A stretch of DNA of 63,411 nt, filler included, from Stramenopiles sp. TOSAG23-3 (Eukaryota): the NCBI GenBank assembly GCA_900128585.1. It is 6 parts of 6 records of this genome, joined end to end, with 100 filler letters (N's around TTAATTAATTAA, not from the genome) between each part and the next. Parts side by side here need not be neighbours in the genome. Positions count along the whole stretch, not along the records: positions 31,804 to 42,280 come from LT642811.1; positions 42,381 to 52,849 come from LT642812.1; 4 more parts are not named here. One strand, 5' to 3'. The notes below the pieces were generated by a model. It had not been told where the DNA came from. It ran no database searches and worked only from the letters and a program-made list of their open reading frames with translations. Of the stretch, positions 32,213 to 43,006 are shown piece by piece; position 1 is the stretch's first letter; each line of letters starts with the position of its first letter. Made by a program: the position numbers and the translations under genes.

Positions 32213-35200
32213 TTAGATCCCAATGTCCATCACAAGCACGACCCCTGCCAACACCCATTTTGCACTCGGTGCTTTTGTCCTCAAGTTGGCGGAGAAAACA
32301 TAAGTTGGACCTCGCTGCTGTGTCTTGTAAACCGGGCAAAAGTACTGACTTGAAGTTTCCGCCTTTTCGGCAAGAACGGCCTTGCACTGAATTACTGGCA
32401 TTTGAAAGAACATTTCTTTCGGCCGGCTCGGTTCTAAAACACCACCGCCCAGATCAAAGCGCGCGCCTTCAAGATACAGGCCGTTAATAAATGCCCCATC
32501 CCTTGCTGCGGCTTCTATGTCTTCCACTTGCCGTTTCAAAACTGTTGTATTGATAACTAGTTTGTCCAATTCAAGTGTATTTGCACGGGCTGACTCCTGC
32601 ATAATAGCAGTTAAGAACCGCTGTGGGTTGAACAGACCTGAGATCCAGGTGCACCGCGGTGGATCCATCGGACTTACTGACCATTCAGACAGTTGAGTAA
32701 CTCTTTGCATCAAATTCTGCAACCACAAAGGGAGTGTTCTCAAACTCGGAAAGGCAAATGGACGCACTTGCCACGCTTTCGGGATCTCCAGTGTGTAAAG
32801 TTCAGACATCAACTTTTCCATGTCGCTTGACATGGTCATCTCGCCACGGAAGCCTGCATCAAGTTCTTCAAGCGTGTGGCGCATGTGAGAGACCAGTGCA
32901 TTCATTGTTTCGCATTCTTGAAGAAAAACGTTTTGGAACGGCCCGGGATCATCCAAATTGCTCAAAATTTCATCGATATCAAAGTTTACTTCCCGGTACA
33001 CTTCCATTATATCCTGCACCAATGCGTCAGCAATATTTTGGGGGTTACTCGGGGTACTATCATCGCCTTCGTCGGTGCCTGAATTCTGCGGCATTAATGA
33101 CGTGACTGTCTTGAACAAATGGACGGCCTGGTCCGTACGAAACCCAATTTCAGCATTTGGGTGAAGCCCAAATGCAACAGGGGAATCACCTACCATGTTC
33201 GTTTCGACATATTTCAGGTACATGTCGTACGTAGTTGGCGCCGGTGCCTTGAAAGACAAACCTAGAGCTGCTGCTTTTCCCCCTTGCTGATGCTCTTCGC
33301 CGTACGGATACAATTCCATCTCATCCAACAGCTCGTCCCGGAGATAGAAATCTAAGTAGCAATTACACAGCAGCCTGTCGAAATCGTTGACAATGTGCCC
33401 ACCGTACATGATCTCACCAATTAAGTACCGTAGGTCATCCCAAGGCATCTTGGACGGGGCGCTATCCATGTAGTTCCTCAACACCACCCCGGATGCTAGC
33501 AGATCTTGAATCGAGAAAGGGTATTGCATATTGAACCCCTTCGGTCCGAAAGTCTTTCGCTCAATCATAACAGAATGAAAGTGGCACAGTCCGAACAAAA
33601 TACCGCGAGTTTTTTGCTCCAATTCTTCGAAGTCGCCCTGCGAAAAAGAGCGGAAGGAACGTTTGAGGTTCGCTTTCAGGCCTGCAGGAGGCTCGTTCGT
33701 GATTTTGATGGATCGATCCAAGATGCTAACTGGGATAGATTTAGCAGGATCGCTGGACAAGAAAAGCCGGAAGTTTTTGTGCGATCCTTCCTGTGACATC
33801 CCATCCAACATCATTTGCAACTTTACTAGCCATTTTGGCATCAAGTGAACATTGTTCAGCATGATCCAATGGCCTTGCGAATGCGCGCCTTCAATGCGCT
33901 CGTTTGCAATTTTGTCTTGCCCTTGCCCCATTGAAATGTTAAAAAAGTTAGAGCCCAATTCCATTCCGTTCTTTTTTGCTAACCTTTCCACGTCTGAAAC
34001 AACATCCACCCCGGGCGACAGTATGAAGTATAATGGCGTTGCAGGAGTGGAATCGTCATAAAGATTCTCCAGTATTTGGTACGAGTTCAATTGTGCATCG
34101 ACGTCAACAAAAATCTTTCCACCGGGCAGCACATCTGATATGAACGTTCTAAGAGCGGCAATCATACGGTCGGGCCGTAACGCGCGGACGGCTAGCAGCT
34201 TGAGGAATGGAGATTTGTCTAATTCGCGCCAGTCTAAAGGAAGTTTTTCGGATTCCGGTGTAGATAAATTAAACCACTCGCGAAAACGCGGGGCACTCTC
34301 GATCATATCAGATGTGAACGTCTCGAACCCGCTACGGGTTGCCAACGACGAGCAAGCGTTCCAGGAATTGTCAGGAAGCCATTCGATTGAGTTGTCTTCG
34401 TCCGCCGTCTCAACTCCACCCCGCATCAGCCAATCCATGTGCTCGCGCGAGTAGCCAGAGTCCTCTCCGATTACTTTGCGTTGGAGCAACTGAAATACCA
34501 GGGCAGAAAGGAAAATTTCTACATCCCTTTGAAAGAGACCGCGGGTGATCCACGTGTAACAAACTATGCGCAAGTTACCCCTCAAGTTTTCGACCCGTTG
34601 CTGAAGATCATTACTCTTTGGGGCCCGCTCTAGGGCTTTAAAAAAGAAGACCAAAAAAGAATCTAGACTGTACTGGTACATGTGGTCGATCTGCTTTAGC
34701 TCATTTATCAAAAAGTAAAGCATCGCGGCTTCAGCAGCTACAGGGACATATTGATTTCTTGCAAGATCAATGTTTTTCTGCATTTCGTTGCCTTTCTCCA
34801 CGGCGGAATTAATTTCGGTTACTGTCCTTTTCGTATCTTCAAGACCCTCGATCAAGGCCACGTCAGACAAAATATCATCTGGTGCATTAGACAAGCGTTC
34901 CAAGAGCTGGTTCTCCAGCTCACGTAGCTGAATTTTGTAGCGATTGAAATCACTGCGCAGCTTTGCACTAGATTCCTCCAAAGCTGGCTCCTCCTGCTCG
35001 ACAACTTTGGCCAACAATTGGTCTTGCAACCCCTTTTCTGTGACGAGGAAGTTGATTAATGTTGTCTGGGCCGCAACTTCTGGGCGGTAATGAGGGTTGC
35101 TAAGCTTAGTTTGCAAGTACAATCTGAAATTCTCATCGTATGATACCTCATTTCCCCCAACAGACATGAACAAATTGCGCCCTTTGCGGTACACAGTACG

Positions 35201-38200
35201 CATTAACACCGGGTCAAGAACACTGTCAATCTCTTCACCGAGATTTTCAATAATACAAGGCCACCCATTTTGAATTGCCCCGACAACTTTGCGCAGCCAA
35301 TTTTTCTGGGTCATTTGCACAACGATCAAATTCCCGGATGGCGCCTTTTTGTTGGCTTCTGCATCCTCAATTTCTTCGTTTTCCTCGCCTGACTCTTCGT
35401 CGCCACCACCGATGCCCAAACGCGACTCCTCCATGTTCCGAATCCATTTAATTCCTTGCAATTGAGGATCGATTACAAGCGGCCATCTAGAGCAGCTTGT
35501 CATAATCGCACCATTTTCTTTCGACATCCTATCCGCGGGAAGTCCTTGGTTCATCCACTCAGCAATTTCTGCACTGTTGGTCAATTGCCCCATAGGGTCT
35601 ATCCCTGGTGTTACGGGGATTTCGCGTGCTGCCATGTCATCCATCCACTTCTTACTCCAAAGCTCATTTCGCAGCGGTGCATTAAATGCTCCAGAGTATG
35701 AAACAAATGCAGCTGATAACAATACGTCACCAACCAACGAAATTTCGTTCTCCTTCAAAGCTTCAACTTCGTGGCCCCAACGAACTTTCTCCGAGGACAA
35801 ACCGTGAACAAGGCGCTCTGCCATGGACAGTCGAGCACGGCACGAATCCGCTTCTGCTTCAACTTTCGCCTTCTCATTGGTTGCATTTAGGAATGATTGT
35901 TGCAGCTCCGATAGACGGTTTTCTAAATTATCGACAATGGTCACAATTTCATCGAGGGCAGCCTGCGCGACAGCTTTCTCTTGTTGTGCCTTTTCCAATT
36001 GTTCCATTAGGGGTTTCACTTTCTTGTAAATCGTGTTGTAGCCGGTAATGTTAATAACCCAGGCGCACAAATTTGACGCAGCATCAGATTTTTTCTTCAT
36101 TTTCGCTACATCCATTTCCTTATCTTTAAGCATTGGAGCAAGACGGCTGAGAACATCGTCTGGGATATTCCGTGGATCGTAGTCTTCTAGGCTTTGCTTA
36201 AATCCATCAACCTTTGCCATCATCTTCTTGGCATTTTCCCATGAGAAATTTTTTCGTTCATTCTTTATCATCATCAAAACACACGTGGTGACTTTGTCGA
36301 TACCAGGGGGCGGCTTGGCAAAACTCTTTAATTCAATTAAACTATTCTTACTCAAGCAATTCACGGCATTCTTTGCGGCATCCATCGCTGGTTTGGCTTC
36401 GGCCAGTTCTCCCTCCGCGCTCTTTTCGATTCGCTCGGCCTCAGCAGCAAGCTTCGAGCATTTTTCTTTTTCGATAGCTGCCACTTTGCCTTGCTTCTCA
36501 GCCTCTCCTCGTTGTTTTCCCATTTGTTCGAGAAGTTGGTCTGTGCCAGCCTTTTTCTCTTCAACGCGCGCCATGGTTTTCATCAAATCCAGCTTCAGCT
36601 CGGAAACATCTTTCTCTGTTCTCTGAAGAGTCTCGAGGCCAACGCTGAGGCGGTTGATATTACCAGCAAGGGTCGTCTGTTGCCTCTTGTACAAACTCTT
36701 AAAAAAATAGATTAATTCTAGGAAGCTTTTCGGTGTTGTGTAGTTGTAGCGCCCAAAGGTTTTGAAGTATTTCATCGATGCATTCTCCACCGATAAATGT
36801 ACCTCAGACATATGATCAGGAACGTTCATTTTTATGTCTTCATTTGCTACTTCAACCTCTTCTAGGAATTTCTGCGCAACAGACACCAATGCCGTCCGCG
36901 GCCACGGATGAAACCAGTTAATGCTAGTGCAATTGCACAACCCGGGAAATTTCTGGGCCCGAAGACGAAACTGGTCGCCTACGGGTGAAAAGCAAAGCAC
37001 CGTATGCAAGTTACTGCGTACCCTCTGCAAGAAAAAGTCCATCATATTGTCACGTGTGTCCGGTACCCCGGCTGCTTTTGCTTCATTTCGTAGCATGGCA
37101 AATATCGAATCGTACTCTTCGGCCGTAAACAAATCGGGAATATAGCCTGATGACAACAAATCATTGATAAATACTAAAAAAATTTCGTCAACGATCATAG
37201 AGTCGGTCAACATGAAAACCAATGGATTCGCAGGCTTTACCCCAGCCTTATGATACAGGCCCTTCAAATGCTCTTTTAAGTCAGCGACTCCATAGTCCGA
37301 TGTAACCGGCAGAGTAACTACATTCAAACCGCTAAGAAACGCCGCCAAACGACTAAGACTTTGCTTCCCGCTACCACCAACGCCCACTAGGAGGGCGTTT
37401 CCTCGAGGATTTTCAAGAATTCTAGATATCCTACACACATGTTGCACGGCCTGTTCAAAAAGTACAAGATTCATTATCGCATTCGAGTCATTGTATTCCT
37501 TCAACTTGCCTTCCAAAATCGAACGCACTTGCTGGGATGACTTTACGTCAATGTAAACCCCTTCGTCCATCATGGAGAAGGTGCAAAATGATGTAAATAA
37601 CAACGGCTCCGTATGTACAATGTCTTGATCCAAATCTTCAAAATATTTTTTAGTACAGTCGATCAACATTGCAGTGAAGCGGGTGTGCTCATTTGGCGTC
37701 GTTAATCGATCACCGAAAACGCGCGCACATTCGTGCTTCCAAAGCCGTGCTATTTTTATTTCGTTAGAATAGAAATCAGGGGTCGCTTTGCATAGGCCCT
37801 GAAATATGTTGGAGAATTCGCGCATGTTAAAATTATAGTGGAATTTAATTGCACTGGGGAGGAATTTTTCGGAGACTGTATTGTGAAATTCGATAGTACC
37901 ATCCACCATATTTTTACAATATGCTTGGATGTTCGGAGGGAATGCAGCTAGATGAGCGGACATAATGCTCGAGTAAATCAAACTCGTATCCTCGGACCCA
38001 GGCAACAGGGCAGCGAGGACAACAAAATGTCTTTGTAAACGTGGGTTAATCGTAAATGAACCGCTTGTAGGATTCATTGCCGCCACATATTGTACGTCTT
38101 TAATCTGTTTTTTCAGGCTAGGATCCGAACGGTCAAACCATGTTTCGTAGTCCATATGCTGGCGTAGCAATGCAATTGGCGTTTGCGTCCCGTACTCTTC

Positions 38201-41200
38201 TTTGAAGGGCATGTTCAAATCATCGATGAAGTAAACTAGATATTTTTGTGCCGGGGGGCCAAAGACTTTACCCGATCGCTTCTCAACGGGGGCCTCCAAT
38301 TGCTGCTGTAGCGCCAAAGAGTCTGTGTAGTAATTCATATTGATCGTGCAAAACAAGTGTCCTTCTTCCATGTTTCTTAAATATTCTCTCAGAAGTTGGG
38401 TTTTTCCAGTTCCTGCAGCGCCCACCAAAAGGACAGGCCGCTTGCGTCTGACAAGCCTGTCGACATACGCTGTCATTCTTGTACTATTAACGGTGGGAAC
38501 AAAAATCGAGGAGAAATTTCCATCGCCAACATGAACATACTCTTCTACTTTTCCGGACCAAGGTAAAATGTCCCCTGAATCAACATCGTAGTAGTAATCC
38601 AAGACGTGGCCTTCACCTGGGAAGATGACCTTTTTAAACTCAGAGCGCCATAATGTGTTAAACTTCGTGCGTGATGCAGATTTTTTATCGTCTGTCAATG
38701 GCCCACAAAATGCCCAAAGGCAAGCCATGACAAAAATATGCTCTATTTCATCGGCGCCTTTTGTGGTGTCTTCCGGGTCAATCTGCGCTAACAAGCCGTC
38801 CAATAAATAGCATATGCTCTGAATGGTGCACATTTTCGAAACAGGGACGATCGTGCTCAAGTCATTTTGCTTTATAATTTCAAACGCCCTCGGAATGTAT
38901 TTTTCAAAAAATCCTGGCAGTGTTGAAGTCTCGTGTACAGCAGTTCTGGATTCAATCCAACTTTCTATGTATGGAGTGTATCCGATGTCGGTTTCATTAA
39001 TAAACAAGATTCCAGCCCGTGAAACGGTGGCGGGAGTAGCATTCGCAAGGGAATTAATCTCAAAAATCATTCTCATAGCGGGACTTAGTGGAATGCGTTC
39101 ATTACTAACTAATGTCAGAACTTTATTGTCGTCCATAACTGTGTTCATACTCTCGATCCAAATGGCATCGATGTCACCATCAAGAACAACCCATTTGTAC
39201 GACTGGAAATCGTGATATGGCATGTTGTTCTTAGACATGTTGCGCATAATTATGGACAGAACCCCGTCTTTCCAATCCTTCGCTAAACTCATGTAACCAT
39301 ACAATTCATTGCTGGTGATGGATTTCGGATTGACGGTCTCGTACACGCAAATAGGCTTCTTTGCACCATCATTGTGACATGCTGCGAGCGTTGACCAGAT
39401 CGATGTCTTCCCGCATCCATTGGGCCCAATCAACATGACAGAGTGGCGTACATCCAGTAGCTCTTGGAACTCTGAAACTTTACTGATGAATGCTTCATCG
39501 GGTTGTAGCCCCGTTTCTTTGCATATCTTCTGGCACGTTTCTTGCAACGCTTCATCCACTGATTTCTCTAATTCGAGGCCTGGGAATAAATCTTTAATAA
39601 GCCTTAGAAATATCGGGATGTCTTGAGAAACCATTTTTGGGGTGTTAAAATCTCGAAGGGCTCTCATCAAAATCATTTCCTCGTCTACCATTGGTTCTGC
39701 GCGCTTCAACATTCCCGCGACCGTCAAAACGCTTTTAACGGCCCTCAATCCCCAATCGTAGTGGGGTTGTTCCGTCAATAGTTCGCTGCTTAGTTGATAC
39801 AAAGTCACAAACTTGATGGAAAGATTGCGCGCTTTCATAAAACCTTCTGCCATCAGCATGTTTTCACAAATAGGTTTCAAGTCGGGGCGAATCATAGCAC
39901 AACTACGAAATTGTGCTTTGAGATTCTCGGGCAATTCCGTGCGACCAGCATACCCTGGGTTCATGGTGATCCAAAATCCCACTGTGGGCCAAAGTTTAAT
40001 GGAATCACCCATGAAGTCAAAAAACCCTACGACGCATGGCGGAGTCCCGGCTGGCTTATTACGATAGTCAGTTGGACGGTTCGAAGGGATGGCCAAGAAG
40101 CGAATTGCATCTAAAATGCTCTTTACTTGCGTGGCAACTACAGACAATACTTCTATCTCGATTCTATTGAACTCGTCGAAGCAACCCCATGCCCCTGTCT
40201 GCGACAGTCCCCTAAACGTGTTCCCTAACGATTGGTAATTCATTTGCTCTGAGCAATTGAAGACATAAATCGGTAGACCCAGAGACCGAGCGAGATCCTT
40301 GGTGGTTTCTGTTTTCCCTGTTCCAGCCGGGCCAGCCGGTGCACCTCCCAGCATCAGACGCAAAGCCATTGTGAGGGTGATGTAGCACCTGTCAGTCAGC
40401 GGAGTGATAACAAGGCGTGACTGGTTGCCGTGGTATTCAAAACTATAAATGGACCGGAAATCACAGATAGACATTTTCACGTCACGGCTTTCTTCGTCCC
40501 AGTAGTATCGCAGCTGGGATTGCCAGCGGAACACCGTTGGGCCTTCAACCTTTTCGTCAATCAAAGTCTTGATGACATCGCGAGCATGGACATCGATGGT
40601 GATCATAACAATAGCTTTCGTTCTGTCTTCTTTCGTTAATTGGCCTTGCACCAACAAAATAAGTGCATCCAGTCGACTGTTACACAATTCTAAATATCGT
40701 TTAACTGCGTCCTCGTCGCCTCCTTCTAGTTCTTCCAGCGAATTTTCTGTTTCTTCCGTCCAGTACACCTGCGAGGCCAATAACGCAAGCTGAGCGGGGT
40801 AATCCCCGATCCAGCGGTCCCGCGGTCGATCAAGTTCCCAGTTTGCCGCGCTGTCCAATGATGCATCCAAAATCTGCTTTAAAGTCTCTTTCATAGTTTC
40901 CAACAGTTCCCCCAACCAATTCTCTACGGCACCAGTAATTTGAAACATTGCATTGAACGGGACTCGTTCGCCGTCTTTCGCAATCATGGCGGTCGCAACA
41001 TTTGCAATTTCTGGGGTACCATCTTCTTTCTTCAAGGGTTCATTAAATTCTAATGTATCTACAGCAAGAAAGCAGTCACCAATGTGGCGCATAATTCGCG
41101 GAGGGTTGTTCCCGTTCGATAGTATGTCCAACAAGGAAGTATCACTGACGAAGTAAAACCGGGGGAAAATGTTCTTCTTCGTGTCCAAGTACTCGTTCAG

Positions 41201-42280
41201 TGCTTTTTGGCATAATTCCAATTCGTCGCTCATGCTTTCCAGCTCCTCTTCGCGCCCTCCATACGAGCATGCTTGGACAACCACCGGAGTGTTGATGACA
41301 TCACCCATCATATTTCGAAATGACTGGTCAATACCCTCAAATCGCTTCGTATCATCCGGCAACTGGGATCGAATGTCTTTCGAGGTCAGAAAAATGGATT
41401 CCAAACTCATCCATGTGCGCTGGACACTTGTCCAGAGTTTCAATACAGTTTCCACCGTGCCCAAAGTACGCTGCCATTCTTCGACTCGGTCTCGAAAATA
41501 GTCTACAAATTTCCCCATACCAGCCATTGTTTGAAGGTTCAGCTGGTGTTCCTCCAACACTTCGACAATGTCTGAAGAAGCTCCTAACATTTTTGTCTCG
41601 CTGTCTTTGTAAGGAACAAAGTTGAACGCTAGGCCAGTCCACGCATCCTCAATGGATTGCATCCTCTTTTCGATCTTCCGTTCTTTAACTGCCACTTCCA
41701 CGATCTCTTGCACATCGTCAACGTGAGCATGCAATTTGAGATCCAACACATTTGCTAAACAGAAATGGGCACCCTTGTCGAAGTGACTGTGAGTCAAAGT
41801 CATAACGCTCTTCCAATGGCGGTCTTGCATCGCTTCGTTGTGCAGCTCGCCGATTAAGGGGATAACTACAGCCATGTTCTTGACGCGGTCCGATAGTGTC
41901 TTGTACACGACCCAATTTCTCATACCCCGTGGCAATGTGCTCACCTGTTTGTCCAGATGGGAAGTCTCTTCCAAAAGGTTGTCACAATCAATATCAAGCC
42001 AAAGCGTCCCTGACCACTTTTCAAATTTCGCATCGACCAAGGCAGTGATGTCCCACGCTTTCTTCAGTATAACGATCTCAGATCGGGAATCTTTCAGTTC
42101 AACGTACTCGCTTTCTGCCAGTTCGAACAGTTCCTCCAAATCGTGGAATTCCAGAGCTTCTTTCTCTATATTGCGGAGGAGGTTTACGTGTTGATCCAGC
42201 ATTTTGTATGCTTCTGAACTCGGGCCGGTATATGAAAATGGGGCGTTAGTCCTGAAATTCATCCGGAACCGATTGACTTT
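32213..42280 (-). CDS. Axonemal dynein heavy chain, probably outer-arm beta-like (DNAH9/11/17 class), 5'-partial
   Basis: AAA1 GPAGTGKTET, CFDEFNRI, MNPGYAGRTELP; AAA2 GPNGCGKT; AAA3 GAAGTGKT; AAA4 GVGGSGKQS; stalk/MTBD; C-terminal CPVYKTQQRGPTYVF...KWVLAGV. Frame is open to the contig end and uninterrupted over 10 kb. Confidence 0.95.
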   Translation of the reverse strand, partial: KVNRFRMNFRTNAPFSYTGPSSEAYKMLDQHVNLLRNIEKEALEFHDLEELFELAESEYVELKDSRSEIVILKKAWDITALVDAKFEKWSGTLWLDIDCDNLLEETSHLDKQVSTLPRGMRNWVVYKTLSDRVKNMAVVIPLIGELHNEAMQDRHWKSVMTLTHSHFDKGAHFCLANVLDLKLHAHVDDVQEIVEVAVKERKIEKRMQSIEDAWTGLAFNFVPYKDSETKMLGASSDIVEVLEEHQLNLQTMAGMGKFVDYFRDRVEEWQRTLGTVETVLKLWTSVQRTWMSLESIFLTSKDIRSQLPDDTKRFEGIDQSFRNMMGDVINTPVVVQACSYGGREEELESMSDELELCQKALNEYLDTKKNIFPRFYFVSDTSLLDILSNGNNPPRIMRHIGDCFLAVDTLEFNEPLKKEDGTPEIANVATAMIAKDGERVPFNAMFQITGAVENWLGELLETMKETLKQILDASLDSAANWELDRPRDRWIGDYPAQLALLASQVYWTEETENSLEELEGGDEDAVKRYLELCNSRLDALILLVQGQLTKEDRTKAIVMITIDVHARDVIKTLIDEKVEGPTVFRWQSQLRYYWDEESRDVKMSICDFRSIYSFEYHGNQSRLVITPLTDRCYITLTMALRLMLGGAPAGPAGTGKTETTKDLARSLGLPIYVFNCSEQMNYQSLGNTFRGLSQTGAWGCFDEFNRIEIEVLSVVATQVKSILDAIRFLAIPSNRPTDYRNKPAGTPPCVVGFFDFMGDSIKLWPTVGFWITMNPGYAGRTELPENLKAQFRSCAMIRPDLKPICENMLMAEGFMKARNLSIKFVTLYQLSSELLTEQPHYDWGLRAVKSVLTVAGMLKRAEPMVDEEMILMRALRDFNTPKMVSQDIPIFLRLIKDLFPGLELEKSVDEALQETCQKICKETGLQPDEAFISKVSEFQELLDVRHSVMLIGPNGCGKTSIWSTLAACHNDGAKKPICVYETVNPKSITSNELYGYMSLAKDWKDGVLSIIMRNMSKNNMPYHDFQSYKWVVLDGDIDAIWIESMNTVMDDNKVLTLVSNERIPLSPAMRMIFEINSLANATPATVSRAGILFINETDIGYTPYIESWIESRTAVHETSTLPGFFEKYIPRAFEIIKQNDLSTIVPVSKMCTIQSICYLLDGLLAQIDPEDTTKGADEIEHIFVMACLWAFCGPLTDDKKSASRTKFNTLWRSEFKKVIFPGEGHVLDYYYDVDSGDILPWSGKVEEYVHVGDGNFSSIFVPTVNSTRMTAYVDRLVRRKRPVLLVGAAGTGKTQLLREYLRNMEEGHLFCTINMNYYTDSLALQQQLEAPVEKRSGKVFGPPAQKYLVYFIDDLNMPFKEEYGTQTPIALLRQHMDYETWFDRSDPSLKKQIKDVQYVAAMNPTSGSFTINPRLQRHFVVLAALLPGSEDTSLIYSSIMSAHLAAFPPNIQAYCKNMVDGTIEFHNTVSEKFLPSAIKFHYNFNMREFSNIFQGLCKATPDFYSNEIKIARLWKHECARVFGDRLTTPNEHTRFTAMLIDCTKKYFEDLDQDIVHTEPLLFTSFCTFSMMDEGVYIDVKSSQQVRSILEGKLKEYNDSNAIMNLVLFEQAVQHVCRISRILENPRGNALLVGVGGSGKQSLSRLAAFLSGLNVVTLPVTSDYGVADLKEHLKGLYHKAGVKPANPLVFMLTDSMIVDEIFLVFINDLLSSGYIPDLFTAEEYDSIFAMLRNEAKAAGVPDTRDNMMDFFLQRVRSNLHTVLCFSPVGDQFRLRAQKFPGLCNCTSINWFHPWPRTALVSVAQKFLEEVEVANEDIKMNVPDHMSEVHLSVENASMKYFKTFGRYNYTTPKSFLELIYFFKSLYKRQQTTLAGNINRLSVGLETLQRTEKDVSELKLDLMKTMARVEEKKAGTDQLLEQMGKQRGEAEKQGKVAAIEKEKCSKLAAEAERIEKSAEGELAEAKPAMDAAKNAVNCLSKNSLIELKSFAKPPPGIDKVTTCVLMMIKNERKNFSWENAKKMMAKVDGFKQSLEDYDPRNIPDDVLSRLAPMLKDKEMDVAKMKKKSDAASNLCAWVINITGYNTIYKKVKPLMEQLEKAQQEKAVAQAALDEIVTIVDNLENRLSELQQSFLNATNEKAKVEAEADSCRARLSMAERLVHGLSSEKVRWGHEVEALKENEISLVGDVLLSAAFVSYSGAFNAPLRNELWSKKWMDDMAAREIPVTPGIDPMGQLTNSAEIAEWMNQGLPADRMSKENGAIMTSCSRWPLVIDPQLQGIKWIRNMEESRLGIGGGDEESGEENEEIEDAEANKKAPSGNLIVVQMTQKNWLRKVVGAIQNGWPCIIENLGEEIDSVLDPVLMRTVYRKGRNLFMSVGGNEVSYDENFRLYLQTKLSNPHYRPEVAAQTTLINFLVTEKGLQDQLLAKVVEQEEPALEESSAKLRSDFNRYKIQLRELENQLLERLSNAPDDILSDVALIEGLEDTKRTVTEINSAVEKGNEMQKNIDLARNQYVPVAAEAAMLYFLINELKQIDHMYQYSLDSFLVFFFKALERAPKSNDLQQRVENLRGNLRIVCYTWITRGLFQRDVEIFLSALVFQLLQRKVIGEDSGYSREHMDWLMRGGVETADEDNSIEWLPDNSWNACSSLATRSGFETFTSDMIESAPRFREWFNLSTPESEKLPLDWRELDKSPFLKLLAVRALRPDRMIAALRTFISDVLPGGKIFVDVDAQLNSYQILENLYDDSTPATPLYFILSPGVDVVSDVERLAKKNGMELGSNFFNISMGQGQDKIANERIEGAHSQGHWIMLNNVHLMPKWLVKLQMMLDGMSQEGSHKNFRLFLSSDPAKSIPVSILDRSIKITNEPPAGLKANLKRSFRSFSQGDFEELEQKTRGILFGLCHFHSVMIERKTFGPKGFNMQYPFSIQDLLASGVVLRNYMDSAPSKMPWDDLRYLIGEIMYGGHIVNDFDRLLCNCYLDFYLRDELLDEMELYPYGEEHQQGGKAAALGLSFKAPAPTTYDMYLKYVETNMVGDSPVAFGLHPNAEIGFRTDQAVHLFKTVTSLMPQNSGTDEGDDSTPSNPQNIADALVQDIMEVYREVNFDIDEILSNLDDPGPFQNVFLQECETMNALVSHMRHTLEELDAGFRGEMTMSSDMEKLMSELYTLEIPKAWQVRPFAFPSLRTLPLWLQNLMQRVTQLSEWSVSPMDPPRCTWISGLFNPQRFLTAIMQESARANTLELDKLVINTTVLKRQVEDIEAAARDGAFINGLYLEGARFDLGGGVLEPSRPKEMFFQMPVIQCKAVLAEKAETSSQYFCPVYKTQQRGPTYVFSANLRTKAPSAKWVLAGVVLVMDIGI

Positions 42281-42380
42281 NNNNNNNNNNNNNNNNNNNN
42301 NNNNNNNNNNNNNNNNNNNNNNNNTTAATTAATTAANNNNNNNNNNNNNNNNNNNNNNNNNNNNNNNNNNNNNNNNNNNN
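42281..42380. other. Artificial contig linker
   Basis: N44-TTAATTAATTAA-N44. Confidence 0.97.
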
Positions 42381-43006
42381 TTCTTTGAATGGACAAAACA
42401 TACAACTGGGGGAAAGGTTACAAAATTAAAAACGGAAAATTGGCCCTGTTATTTAAAAAAAAAGGAAGGAAAAACAAAAACTTCTTTTTCTTCTTCTTCC
42501 TCTGTACTACTACTATGATAATACGATTAATATATACTAACTTATATAAATAATTAATGCGTAGAGGTAGTATGGGGGTAACAAATAATAATAATATATA
42601 ATTAAAAAGAAGAAGAAGGAAGAGAAGAGAAGAGAAGAAGAAGGTCAGAATGAGAAGACGACCGATCGAGAGAAGAAGAAGAAGAGATTAATGTCACAAT
42701 AAATAACAACGTAAGTTAATAGATACTTGGAAATACAGAATATAAAACTCGTATAATATGTATTATCAAATGGAATCGTATGTTTGTGAATTAATCAAAC
42801 GGTTTATTCTTCGTTGGAACCACTCCTTCGTCCCGTTGTTCTCTTTTTTAGCAGAACACAAGAAATAAACGGAGGGGAAAGAGAACGAGAGAGAGAGAGA
42901 GAGAACGCGCGCGCGCCGAGTCGTACCCGTAGTTACTTGTGTGACCGTGCGGTCCTGACGAGTTCCCACCAGTCCAAACCGCCGGGGTGGAAAGACGACA
43001 GGCAAC